Source: the human T2T-CHM13v2.0 reference genome, Homo sapiens. From it: a stretch of DNA of 64,000 bases. The stretch's first letter is position 1, and every line of letters starts with the position of its first letter. The stretch is from assembly GCF_009914755.1 (NCBI RefSeq), contig NC_060940.1. One strand, 5' to 3'. The position numbers and the translations under genes were made by a program. Of the stretch, positions 39,412 through 53,254 are shown in pieces. The notes beneath the pieces are model-generated. The model saw nothing but the letters and a program-made list of their open reading frames with translations, was not told the DNA's origin and did no database searches.

Positions 39412-39965
39412 AGTTGAACTCATTACTCAATGCTGCATATAAAATTCCTGCCCCAAAACTTAGTGGCTTCACATAACAGTAAACGATTATCTCTCACAGT
39501 TTGTGGGTCATGAACGCAGAAGTGACTTAGCTGGGAGTCCTGGCTTAGAGTCTCTTGTGAGGCTGCCCCCAGGATGAAATCCAGACCTGCAGTCATCTGA
39601 AGGCTTCACGGGGCTCGAAGGTCCACTTCCAGGGTGCCTCATTCCCACGCTTGTCAGGTCAGTGCTGGCCATTGGTGGGAGGCCTCAGTTCCCTGCCACG
39701 CGGGCCTCTCCACAGGGCTGCCTGGGTATCCCCATCGCGTGGCTTCTCCCTGGGGGGGGGGGGGTCTCCCCACCCCCAAGCAAGTGATCTAAGAGGAGGA
39801 AGCAGATGCCGCAATGCCCTTTCTGGCCTAGTGTCAGATTTCATGCATCACTCCTGCCACCACCCTGTTGCTCACGCAGACCAGCCCTGGTTCAATGCGG
39901 AGGAGACCACACAGGATGGCGGTATCAGGAGGCACCAGGGCCATCATGGAGACCAGCTGCCCCAG
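39412..39965 (-). mobile_element. MLT1 (F/G/H-like) LTR
   Basis: ccccaaaacttagtggctt...ctcacagtttgtgggtca...ctgcagtcatctgaaggctt...gggaggcctcagttcc. Confidence 0.75.
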
Positions 39966-40336
39966 CAACCGGCCCAGAGCGAGAAGACAGCCCCACTCCC
40001 AGGCCTGCCTGTCTGACTTGGGTTGCCAGCATGGGTCCCCAGCAGGAAGTCTTCCCAGGGCCCATCATGTTGCTGAGGCTTGTGTCTTCTCTGGGAAGCT
40101 GCCTGGTGCCTGTGGGTTGGTGGGAGGAACAAAGAAGAGACCACAGGCCAGTAGCCCTCAAGACAAGGAGACTGAGCTCCTGAACCAACCCATTTCTCAT
40201 GCTGCAGTAGAGCAGAAACACAGTTCACAGCTCACAGACTGTTCTTTGGACTCCTGTTGACATCTCGCAGGACACAGCATGTGGGACCACTCAGGGAGCA
40301 GACACTACACCCTGAAGTCTCTTTATTCCTCTGACC

Positions 40337-40549
40337 CAGTGGTTCTCAACTGGAAACAGTTTTACTCCCCAGGGGTTATTTAGCAATGTCTGGAGACATT
40401 TTTGTTTGTCACAACTGGGGATGGGGGAGATGTCTGTTGGCATTTAGTGAGTAGGGGCCAGGGTGCCATGAAATATCCTGCAATGCACAAGGCAACCTCC
40501 ACAACAAAGAATGATCTGGCCCAAGATGAGCTGAGGTGGAGAAACCCTG
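40337..40549 (+). mobile_element. MER20 DNA transposon
   Basis: cagtggttctcaac...gcaatgtctggagacatttttg...cacaacaaagaatgatctggccc...gagaaaccctg. Confidence 0.9.
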
Positions 40550-41334
40550 TGCTAACCGTTTCCAAAATAAGCGGGGGCCAGGGGTGGGAGAAAGGCTGCA
40601 GGGAGGGTAAGAAGTGATGTCCCAGGGGTCGTCTAAACGCCACCAAAGCTGCCATGAGGCTCAGCTGCCCACCTCGTGGAGCGGGAAGTTTCTGTGACCA
40701 GAGCCCCCAAACACAGCTTTCTTGGAGTGAACAGGACCTCAGAAATGAGGAGAATGACCCTGTGCTGTCTTCAAGCAGAGAATTTCCTGCCCTGGCCTGA
40801 TGAAGCCAGAGAGAGGCCACCCACATTCTGCCAGGAGGTGAAGCCAGCTCTAGGGAGGAGTTATTGGGGTGGCTGACCTTGACCAAAGGCCCCCCAAATC
40901 CACAATGCAGGGGCCCATCTCCCCTCAGGACCCCAAAATGTGATGCTCTAAAGAGCCAAAATACTCAAACCCATGAGTCTTTTATCTGGAGAAAATCTGC
41001 CTTCCTGTCCATCCACCTGCAGGACGCATGCACACAGGTGCACACACAGACCCACACACTGCCTCCCAGACCAGCCAGCCACTCCCTGCACTGCTTTTAC
41101 TAAGGGAACAGACATTCAAAGGTATTACACTCCTGCCAACATTCTGAGCCACGAAGTTTGTCCGATGGGAAAATGGATCCCGGAAGCAAGTTTTGGTGGA
41201 CCAATCCCCTCTCCCTAAGATGAGGGCTCTGTCTGGGAAAAGCACCATCTTCTGGCCAAGGCAGGCAGAGGGCAGCAAAGGAAATGTCCAGGGCTCTTAT
41301 TCATTCATTTGTTCTTTCGTTCAAGAAATACCAA

Positions 41335-42065
41335 AATAGAACTACTGTAAGATCCAACAATTCCACTACTGGGTAGACATCCAAAAGAAAGGAAATCAGT
41401 ATACTGAAGCTATAGCTGCATTCCTGCATTAATTGTAGTGCATTCACAATAGCCAAAATATGGAATCAACCTAACTGTCCATCAATGGATGGATGGATGG
41501 ATGGATGGATGGATGGATGGATGAATGGATGGATGAATAAAATGTAATTATATATATACACACACACACACTATGGGATATTATTCAGCCATAAAAATAA
41601 TGAAATCCTGTCATTTGCTGCAATGTGAATGGAAATGGAGGTCATTACGGTAAGTGAAATAGGCCAAGCACAGACAGACAAATACTGCATGTTCTCACTC
41701 ATATGTGGGAGCTACAGAGTGGATCTCATGAACGTAGAGAGTAGACTGGTGGTTATCAGAGGCCAAGAAATATAGCAGGGGAGGGGAATGAAGAGATACT
41801 GATTAATGGGTACAAATATACAGCTGGAAGGAATAAGACCTGGCGTTCAGTAGATCAGCAGGATGACTATGGCTAGAATTAATTGATTGTACATTTCAAA
41901 ATAACTAGAAGAGAATAGTTCAAACGTTCCTGGCCTAAAGATGAATATTTATGGTAGTGGATATCCCAATTACCCTAATTTGATGATACAAAGGTATCAA
42001 ATTTTCACATGTACCCTGAAAATATACACATCTATTATATATCAATTTTTAACAAAATAAAACAA
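41335..42065 (+). mobile_element. L1MA-type 3' fragment containing a (GGAT)n microsatellite (about 41484-41536)
   Basis: aaatagaactac...gatccaacaattccactactggg ... ttcacatgtaccctgaaaatatacacatctatta. Confidence 0.85.
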
Positions 42066-42519
42066 GAAAAACCAAAAAGCAATGGTCTAGCTCTATACTA
42101 GACACAATCAAGTAGAATTTGAAATAAAAAGACAATCCACTTAGAATAATATAAAAACTTTAAAATATTTTGAAATAAATGTAGTGAAAAGATACCTGGG
42201 CTATATGATGAGAACCATAAAACCTTGTGAAGGGTTACATGAAAACTCAACAAGTGGAAAAACATACCAGTTCCTGCATGGAAAGACTTAATATGACAAA
42301 TACGTCAGTTCTGTCCAACTTGCGATACACAGTTAATGAAATTCCAATTTTAAAAAAATACTTACTGAGCCCCTGCCTCACGTGGAGCACAGGGCAATGG
42401 ACAAGGTAGATACAGTCCCTGCCCTTGGGGAGCTCATGCCTCGTGATGGGGACAGAGCTCCACAATTAGTCACACACTCATCTAGTTAGTCACCACTCTC
42501 TACTAGTTAGGAAATGTAG

Positions 42520-43290
<771 letters not shown>

Positions 43291-44991
43291 CTGATTTTGA
43301 AGGAATTCAAATCTTTACTTGCACCTCTCACAGACTCTTAAGAGGTTTGTAATCATAACTGCCCCTGCTCTGATGTTTCCTAATATCCCCTTTCTGCTCT
43401 CCTCCCATTCTCTCCAACCCTGGAGCTGCTCGGGACTTTATAGTTCCTGACCCTCAACTCTCTCCCTGGTTCCCTGATACCCCCTAACCATGCCAAATCC
43501 TGTCATTACCTCCCTATGCACACATTTTTTTCCTCTCTCCCTCCACTTCTGCCTCTCTTTCCCATCTTGTTCTTCATAAATAAAGCAGAGAAGCCAACTG
43601 GAAAGGCCCATCTCTCCTTAGAGCACACCAGACAGGCAGCACCACAGGGTGAAAGCTGTCTCCTTAACAGGGATGAGAGCAGCTCACACAGATACACCTT
43701 GCTGTGCTTCACCACCTTCTTCACCTTGAACGCCCTCAAAGCTCCTTCCCGCTCAGGCTGTCCCTCCTCTGAACTACCCTTAGAGGCAAGGTCAGTGCCC
43801 CTCCTCTGGGTCCCCCTGAGTTCCCCTGCATTACAGGACTTGTCACCTCACTGACATTGCCTACCAGTTGTCCCTGGAGATGGGAGAGGTCTTAGGGCTG
43901 GGGCAGCACCCTGTTCTTGCCCCATCACCACCCCCACCCCCAGTGGATTGGACGGAGAGTGGCTTGGACTGAAATGAGCAAAGCCCCCACCCGGATCCAT
44001 GAAAGCAGAGGAAGATGGGGGAGGGGAGGAAGTTCTCCGTGGATGTGGACAGGATGTGGATGCAGCAGTGGCTTGCAATGAAACCACTGCCTTGTCAACT
44101 CCCACTCCAGGGACTGCCTTCCCAGGATGGAGGCAAGGAAGAGTAATGTCCTGACTGGGTGTAGAAGGAGTTTTCAAATAGACACTTGGCACCAACAAGT
44201 GAAAAACGATCATACTGATCCATTTCTCCCCATTTTATCTGATCTGATAGGGAAATACCTTCCCGTCTCTTCTGGGTTTGAATCAGGACACTTGGGAAAC
44301 AGTTTAAAAGAAAAAGAAAAAGGAAGGAAGACCCTTTCTAATGAAATGGAGCTGTCTTTCCTTCCCTCCTCCACGCTAGCCTCCCTCCTGGGATATGAAC
44401 CTTCCAAAGGCTGCAGTGACAGGAGGACGCATTTGTTCAAGGCAGCAAAGGGGACAGATACCCTTTCAGCATCACAGATACGATAAGACAAGGCCAGTGT
44501 TTGTCGAGTCAAAGAGCCAACCAACCCAGAGTCCCTCCGCCCCACTCTCTGTCCTGCAGAGAGGAGCCAGAGGGGACTGCGTGCTTCAGACCTACACCAG
44601 GCTGGCCTGATTAAGACAGGAACCCACAGGGACAGGCTACCAAGGAGCCTTGGGGCAGGGGAGACAAGAAACAGAATTCAAAATTCATGTCCAAGTGACC
44701 ACAGGAGCCACAGTCACACGGGAACATTGCCCCAAGAGCCAAAATCAAAAGACCCATGCTGGAAGACATTGCTTGAACACGAAGGACAGGACTATTCTGT
44801 ATTCCTCTGAGCTCCGTGTGAAAGCCTGACCTGCTGGCAGAAAGGACAATTAATATTGGAGCGTTCCACCCTTCCTATCCCCTGATCGGACTACGTTACT
44901 AGGGCTGCATTTATATTGATAAAGTGTGGCCCATTTACAGAACCTATTTATGGGCAGTGGATTGATTCATTTTCACAACATGGGTCTTAAC

Positions 44992-45577
44992 AGAGTGGCA
45001 GATTGTGTTTCCCAACAACCATAACTGTATTCTCGTCTCCCAAATTCTCTTCTACAATGTGGCCTTGAACTCCCCCCAGCAAGGGGTGGGGTCCACATCA
45101 CCTTGCCTTGGATCTAAGTTGGCATGTGACTGCCTCAGCAATAGAATATAGCCGAAGTGACACCATGCAACTTCCAAGAATGGATCGTTAAAGGCTGTGC
45201 AACTTTCTTTCACCTTATTCTCCAGAATACCCAGCTTGTTGGAGCTCAGAGCTGCCCTATAAAAGGTTCAACTACTCCAGAGACTGCTTGACTGGGAGTA
45301 AACCAAGCGCATGGAGAAGCCATGGGCATGTGGTTCTCTTGGCAACTGTAGTCTTCCAGGCACCCCAGCTCAGATATCAAACATATGAATGAATGAATGA
45401 ATGAATGAATGCGCCTCCAGGTGATTCTGAACCCCAGACATCACAGAACAGAGACCAGTGATCCCTGCTGTGCTTCTGAAGAATTCCTGACCACAGAATT
45501 TAGGAGCCAAATTAAATGATTATTTGAAGCTGCTATGTGTGGCTGCAATTTGTTATACTGCAATACTGACTGGAACA
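44992..45577 (+). mobile_element. MLT1 (old subfamily) LTR containing (GAAT)n
   Basis: gaattcctgaccacagaat...tttgttatactgcaatactgactggaaca end. Confidence 0.7.
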
Positions 45578-48500
45578 GGTAGAGTGGAGGTAGGTGCTAC
45601 ATAAATCAAAAGGCTGGAAAAACACCTTGCTATTATTGTTAAAACAAACAGACCTAAGCTCAAGCTCAAATTCACTCAGACCAGTTGCTAAACCTCTCTG
45701 AGCCTTGGTTTTGTCATCTGTGAAGTGGGAATAGCACCTCCCTGGTCGTGAGGACATCATTAACTATCAGAATCATCATCATGAACCCTGAGGGCGCTGG
45801 GGCTGGGGCTGGCGTGACAACTGTTTGACTATGACACCTAACATGAACTTGCAGGTGATGAGAACTGTTCTGACATTTATAGCACGTTGACCCAGTTCTG
45901 TGGGTAATCAAGATTCCGTGTCTTTCCAGACTGAATGAGGAATCTGAGGCATTGCCCTGATGACAGAAATCGGTGAAATTTAATTTCTCTTCTATATATT
46001 TTTGCTTGAGTTGGTAATTTCTTTAAATGCACAGAGAAATTCACTGTCAAAATACAGAAAAATTGTTCACAGATAAGCGGAAGAGGCAAACATGATATAA
46101 AGTTTCTAATATGATTTTTCTGAAATGGAAATTGAACTCTTACCTCAGTTCAGCACAGAGGATGCTGCCAGTAGAGTGTGGAAACTTTGAAGACAATGCC
46201 ATGAGTGTGTTTCAAACTGGAGGGTGAGGGGGTCCCAAGGACATCCCAAGGAAGGGCCATGAGACAGGAGGGAGCTGCAGCCTTGCAGAGAAGAGGGGAG
46301 GAATGGGAGACTCAGCCATCCCACTCAGCTGACATGGCCTGGCTGAGACCAGGTCAAGTTTGCACTGGGCATAAGGGCTCAGGCAGCACATCCAGTAATG
46401 TGGGAGGCCGCAATGAGGGTGGACAGTACAGGGCTCAGAAATAGACTCACCACCAAACCCTGAACCATTTATGGAGCATTAGAGGTTGCAATGGAGGAGC
46501 AGACAGGTCCTAGAATGAGAGCTGGAGCTCAGAAGCAGGGGCCTCTGGTGAATTTCTGCTTCCTTGCTCCTTCCCTGTCTTGAGGCCCATTCATTCTTTC
46601 ATTCATTCATACATCTTCTGTCCATGGCTGCTCTTTGGGCCTCAGGCCATCTGACCTCCTGCCTGAGAGGAGGAGGCAGGAGAGCCTGGACAGACTGGCT
46701 GATCCGGTCCCTAGGAACTCAGTCCATGCCTGGCTTCGGGCCCCTACAGCCCACCTTCTCCCTAAGGCAGGGCCTCTTGGCCTCCACCTGCAGGCTCAGC
46801 ACAGGTCTCCCATTCTTGGGACCCTCCTGGCCTGAGAAACCTCCAGCCTCATCTTGAGGGTGCTCAGCTTCCAGCCTCCCAGACCAATAAAGTCCAGTTA
46901 AGAGAGGAGAAGGGAAGGGGGAGGGAAAACTAACACTTACCGAGCCCTGAATGAACCAGACAGCATGTTTGGAGCCTGCCTTCCTTCCTGCTGAAGGAGT
47001 TCCCCAGTGGGAACCCTAGGCTCAGGTGGTGCAAGTGAGCCTGGACCCGAGCCCAGTTGACAAATCCTAACACCAAACAGCAACAAGGCATTCTGATTTC
47101 AGCGTGTTACATGGCATAGTTAGGGTGCATATAAGACTCAGAGGCTGGGGTCTTCACGGTGAGCACCCGGGTAAACACTTGGTGAGAGCTCCAAGTGTGG
47201 CCACCACATTCCTGGGTGACCCCCTGGGATGTTGCAACCCGTGGACACCAACCAGGGGAGTAGGAGCAGGAGAAGGTGGAGGATGCCATGAGAGGGCAAA
47301 GGGGGGCTCCCCTGGGGTGCTCTCAGGACTCCAGAAACCCCCAGGTAAGACCTGAAGCTCTTACAATAGCAGGTGAAGCCAAAAAGCCAGAGAAATCAGG
47401 GGATAGCTGCAAGCATGCAAATGGATGTACCTGGGAGGCTGGGATGGCAGGAGAAAGTCGAGGATTTTACCAAAGGGGGATATTCATACCTACTAGAGAA
47501 GGCTGCTAGGGGATTGAATGAGATCATTCATTCATCTATTTACAGAGCACTTACTGAGCACCTGCAAAGTGCCAGGCACAGAGAACAGCACATCTGGGGC
47601 CTGGCCCTCGGAGAATGGGAGGGTCTAAGCATCAGGAATGGAATGGAGGCTCCACACTCCTCAGTTTCCTCCCTCTTCCTCCTGCACCCTTCTAGACAGC
47701 ATCCTCCTCTCCTGGGACTCAGTCATTCTTTGGGATATCTGCCCCTGAAGCCAAGTAACAGGTAGAAAACCTGTTTCCTTCTACAAATAAAATAAAATCT
47801 CCTCGGGTTCACCCTTGCCTCCAGGCTGATTCTGGTTATACAGAGTCAAGCAGGTTTTGCTGCGTGTGTATGTTTTAATAAACAAGATCCATTTCCCCAG
47901 CCTCATGTTAAACAGAAATCTGTTCTTCAGGATGACTCTACGGTGTGTTTTGAAAACAAAAACCTGCAAACTAAAATGGCCTCTGACATCACCCAGAGGA
48001 TGAGAACGGTTCCTCCCGATGCAGGGCTTGTAGAATGGGTGGGGTAAAGTCCCTCCTACCCCACCCCATCCCCAGGTGCTCCTAAGACCCCCCAGGTGAT
48101 CCCAGACTCATTTCTGATGGCTAATGTCCAGAGTGGCTTCCCCCAGCCACATCATAGCCCCATTCAAAACTGATCACCATGAGTCCAGTTCTCTTCTATG
48201 CCCTCATGTTCCAAAACCTCTAAGCTGATCCATCTGTAACTTGCAAGGGACAAAACCAGGACTGTACCCAGCATTTGTTGTGACTGTTTTTTAACAAAGT
48301 AAATAATATCTCAAAGGCAGACATCTATAAAATGAGCTGTTCCACCTCAGCGAGGCTTGTCACAAATATGAGGGCTTGCTCTTTTCAAAATACTCCAACA
48401 TCCCATGGCTATGAAAAAAAAAAAAAATCCCCTCTCAACTGATTGACTCAGAGTGGTTTTGAGGAAGAGCTACAGCAGCTGACTAGCCAAACATTTCTTA

Positions 48501-48980
48501 AATAGCATGGTCCCAGCACTGCTCCTCTGAACGGCCTCATGCAGGGCTCCCACCCACCCAGGATCAATAGCCTAATTCATTCCCAGGAGGAAGTGCTCAG
48601 GTGGAGTGGTATCCAGGGCCTCAGCTCCAGACAGTGAGTGGGACTGGTTTGGGGACCCACGTCTGGGGTGGGTTTAACCTCCTGATAGCAGCCCAAGAGA
48701 GCCTTTTATCCCAAGCTCTCCAGCACCCTCATTAGAGAGGATTAGGAGACTGTTTGGCAGAAGAAAAGGCTTTCCTCACTGGCAGGCATGGCAGCAGGGA
48801 AGGCCTATGCCTAGGGAATGGCCCGATAGCCAAGATGTAACTCTACAAAACAGCAGAGCAAAAGCCAAGAATCTCAAGAAGCAGAGACACCCAGGAGCAA
48901 ATCCTAGCTCATTGCACAACCTCAAGCAAATCATTCTCTCTTTTGCTCTCCTCTGTAAATGGAGATAATAATAAACACCT

Positions 48981-49379
48981 TTGTGGATGATTGAACTACT
49001 GGCTCCAACTCTTAGTGGGCCTCTCCCATCATTGCCATGGCCTCACAGTGGGTCATGTGACTTGCTTTGGCCAAGGGAATATTAGTGGAAATGATACCAG
49101 CAGAAGCTTGAAATGTGCTTATGGGTGTGGGCTTGCCTTCTCAGGCTTTTATGATTGCCACAAAGAGGACATACCCTGGAAAGCCACTGCCCCGCCTAGC
49201 AGGGCCCCAGGATGAGATGTGTTGAACAGAGACCTCAGCAGACCTACTGACCTATACCCAGAAGCAGAGCTGCCCCAGGCAGTCTACAGGTGTGTGAGCT
49301 AGAAATTAATGCTGACTGTTGTAGGAATTATGTAGTTGTTTGTTATACAGCATTATTGTGCAAATAGCTGACTGGTACA
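48981..49379 (+). mobile_element. MLT1 (I/J-like) LTR nested in a MIR
   Basis: ggtcatgtgacttgctttggccaaggg...tttgttatacagcattattgtgcaaatagctgactggtaca; MIR halves on both sides. Confidence 0.7.
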
Positions 49380-50151
49380 TCTTTCTTATAAGACAGGTTG
49401 TAACATTAAGATAATGTATGTAAATCACTTGGGCAAAATTTAAGTGCTCAAGTAATATTAGCCAAGTAATTATCATCATCAGTAAACAATTCTCTCCTTT
49501 TCCAATCTCTGTTGAAACTGCTAATCGAATTGCATCTTCCCCTGCTTAACGACTTTTAGAGGCTTCCTATTGTTTTCAGAATAAAAATCAAACTCCATAT
49601 GGCTGATAAGGTCATGCCTAAGTTGTCCTCTGACTACTCATCTAGCCCCATTGATCATTGCTTCCCCCAACCCACAATCCTCTGCCACCATGTACATTTC
49701 TGGCATGCAAACTATGCACTATTCTCTCAATATGCCAAACTCTCTCACACCTCCATGTATTGCACATACTGTTCCCTCTGCCCAGAACTCCTTCTTCCCT
49801 GTTTTCTGCCTGCTGAACCCATGCTCCTTCTTTAAGAGCTTGCTCAGCTCTTGAGCAAAGGAAACATGTCACCACCATTGTGCATGCAGCCAACCTCCCC
49901 TAGCCCCAATCCTAGGATTAAACCAGGGGCTAGACCAGAGCCACCAGGGAGGAAGGGAGAGGAAGTGGGTATAGCGTGAGACTTCCTGTTACAGGAGTGA
50001 TGTGGCTGGTTGATATGCAGCACTGCCCTTCACCACCCCAGCCTGCTCTCATCCAATCCTGTCCTCCAACTCACTGCAGAAACAGGATCAAATGGAAGAT
50101 CCCAAAACTCACCTCTCAAATAGGAAGCTCTTCTACCTGAAAGTTTCCCCT

Positions 50152-50556
50152 TGTCTTAGTCCATCCTCTGTTGCTACTACTGAATACCTGAGACTTGGTC
50201 ATTTATTAAAAAAAGGAATTTGTTTCTTACAGTCTGGAGGCTGGAAAGTCCAAGGTTGAAGGGGTAAATCTGTTGAGAGCCTTCTTGCTGGTGGGGACCC
50301 TCGGCAGAGTCCTGAAGCAGTACAGGATATCACATTGCAAGGGGGCTGGACATGTCAGCTCAGGTCTCTCTTCTTATAAAGCCACCAGTCCCACTCCCAT
50401 GATAACACATTAATCCGCAAGTGGCATTAATCTATTCCTGAGGGCAGATGCTTCGAGACCCGATCACCTCTTAAAGACCCCATCTCTCAATGCTGCCACA
50501 TTGGGGATTAAGTTTCAACATGAGTTTTGAAGAGGGCAAACATTCAAACCATAGCA
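50152..50556 (-). mobile_element. MST-family LTR
   Basis: tgtcttagtcc ... ggggattaagtttcaacatgagtttt...attcaaaccatagca; TSD cccct at 50147-50151 and 50557-50561. Confidence 0.9.
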
Positions 50557-51339
50557 CCCCTGAAACAGTCACCAGGGGCCACCCATGCCTCTTCTTGAGA
50601 GGTATCTGGAGCCTTTGATTTTACCATGGCCTCCAGCACTAGACACTGTGGCCTGGTGTCTGGCCCCTCCATGGCTGCTCCAGGCCCAGGAGTCCCCAAC
50701 AAGGGTGGAGGATGGAGGGTATCAGTCCCATCAGGGAGTCTTCGTTTAAGGGTTCCCCCTTCATATTGATGAGCCACACCTATCCACCATCAAATACACA
50801 TGTCTAGTTTTTCTGAAGCCCCACACAAACCATCCCCATTGCCTTTGCTCCAGCCACAACCAACAGGGTACATCTGAAGGCTCGCCTCCTCTTCACCCAC
50901 CTTTACTCATTATCTACCTTGCTCCTGGCCTGCAGAGCCAAGCCAGCCCAGGCATCTGTCCCACTTCAGAAACAGTGGCCATTCCAACCAAGCCCCTCCA
51001 GTATCACTGCACTACCTTCCCAGCTCAGGATTTGTGGTGCTGTGGCATCAAATACAAGCCCAGCCCTGTCCCCAGGCCTTCATCCTGGCCTCCCCACTTC
51101 CCTTCTCCTCACCTACCCTCACCATCTCCTGTGTCCCAACCCACCACATCTCACACTGACACCTATCCCTTGCCTGGTGCCCACCCAGCCAGCCAGTCCC
51201 CTACCCATAAGCAGATGAGGGGAGACTTAGGTGACAGAACCCAATGTGTAAAATAGGTGCTTTGTTTTCTGTCTTCTGGATTAAGAGGAAAAAAGTGGTG
51301 AGCCTTTCAGCGACTTACCTGGTTTAAAAACTGGCCGTG

Positions 51340-52110
51340 GCATGTCCTCAGGCTGGCAAAAGTGAAAAAGTCAGATGCTATCAAGTGCTGGTGACAATGT
51401 AGGGAAAACATGATTCTCACAGACTGCTGTTGAGGGTGTAATTGGCACAGTCATGTTGAATAGTGGCTTCCACTGAAGCTGAAAATGCTATCGCCTGGCC
51501 ATGGTCTTGTGCTTTCCCTGGAAGGGGTCTTTCCTACAGACCCCTGCACATGTGTGCATAAGGACCTATGTATAAGGATGACATTGCAACATTGTTTTCT
51601 GCAGCAGAAAGAAATTGGAAGTAAACTACATGTCCATGAATAGGACAGATTTTTTTTTTTAATATGAAACAAAGCAGTTAAAAGAAATGAACCAAAATGG
51701 CCAGTTTGGACACAGGCCTAAAAATCACATTGTTCAGTGAAATAAAGCAAGTTGCAGAATGATATAAATAGCATAATACCATTTATGAAAGTTAAAATAC
51801 ACATAGGGATACTATTATTTCCTATGGATATGTGAAAGGCTTTTATTTTTTGAAGAACAGAATACACCCAACTCATTATAGAGGATACCACTGGGAAGAA
51901 AGGAAGAGGATTAGGATTTAGAGAGAGATGGAGACCTGAAATTTATCTACTGTATTCTGAATTTTGTCTTGGGCAATGGAGCACTGTAGTCACATAATAT
52001 CTGAGCAGTTCAGGGCAAATATGATAAATTTTAACATATTTTTCAGTGGATATATGAGAGTTGCTATTTTTGACTTGTTGCTCTTATGCATACTCTAGAT
52101 TTTATTTTTA
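51340..52110 (+). mobile_element. Degenerate L1ME 3' fragment
   Basis: tcaagtgctggtgacaatgt...gttcagtgaaataaagcaagttgcagaatgatata...taccatttatg. Confidence 0.6.
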
Positions 52111-52221
52111 AATGGTCAGAAGGAATTTTCTAATCAGCTATTGAGTGTCCACTGGGTGCCTGGCCATAGCAAGGGCTGTGATCATGGAAAAGTCTTTTGA
52201 AGACAGAAAAGGAGAGGTCCT

Positions 52222-52311
52222 GTCTACAGCCATACCACCCTGAATGTGCCCGATCTCGTCTGATCTCAGAAGCTAAGCAGGGTCGGGCCTGGTTAGTACT
52301 TGGATGGGAGA
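52222..52311 (+). pseudogene. 5S rRNA retropseudogene (nt 1-90, 3'-truncated, tailless)
   Basis: Matches human 5S nt 1-90 with 4 differences, all CpG transitions; 17-bp TSD agaaaaggagaggtcct at 52205-52221 and 52309-52325. Confidence 0.97.
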
Positions 52312-52702
52312 AAAGGAGAGGTCCTGATGGGAAGGTTCAGAATGGTGTGCTCCAAGTTCAGTGTTCGTTGTCAAGCAGGCCATGATTGAGGAAAATCCCC
52401 ACCCAATGGGAAGCATATTTTCCATTTTACTAGTGATGGAAACTAATCAAAACCAGCTTTAATTCTGAAAGATCCAATAAATAACTTTGATTCAAGCAAT
52501 TACTTAAAATTGAAATTTGCTAAGTGAGGAGAATGAGTCATTCATTTGTGCTGTGACACCTGTTACCTGGCAGAGGCAGAGAGTCCTGGGGGTAGAGAGA
52601 GGCATAGGAGTGGAGATTAGCTGTTGCCTCCACCTTGTTGCATCCATCTGCAAGATGGAGAGACTGCTCACAGCCCACAGGACACCAGCAGAGGCCATGT
52701 CC

Positions 52703-52963
52703 AAGGTCTCGCTCTGTCACCCAGGCTGGAGTGCAGTGGTATGATCATAGCTCACTGTAACCTCAGACTCCTGAGCTCAAGTGAGCCTCTCAAGTAGCTG
52801 GGACTACAAATGCTCACCACCACTCCAGCTAATTTTTTACTTTTTGTAGAGATAGGGGTCTTGCTATGTTGCCCAGGCTGGCCTCCAACTTCTGGCCTTG
52901 AGTGATTCTCCAGCCTCAGCCTCTCTAAGCACTAAGATTGCAGGCATGGCCACCACATCTGCC
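52703..52963 (-). mobile_element. Alu (AluJ-type), A tail absent
   Basis: J-type segments gatcatagctcactg and ggggtcttgctatgttgcccaggctgg. Confidence 0.85.
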
Positions 52964-53254
52964 CCTCACTGCATCACCAAACTCATCTTCCTCTGTACCA
53001 TATCACCAAAACTCATCACTTTCAGTCTTGAGTCTCTGCAGCCCAGGTTGACTTTACCTTTGCCCTGTGTCTTTAATTTTAAAGGATTGCTGAACACATT
53101 GGTTTCGATTCCCCCCAGAAGAAGACCCTGAGACAATGACTAAAGTACAAGGAGTTCACTTAGGAGATTCAGGAACTACCAGCAGGGAACTGGGGAAGGG
53201 ACACGGTGAAAGGGGAGGCAGCCACAAAGGTGAGCTGTTAAACCACCTGGATGA

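Noticed and set aside
51313-51321. Perfect minus-strand splice donor CAG|GTAAGT
   Set aside because: A given 9-mer is expected about once by chance in a window this size, and no partner exon was identified
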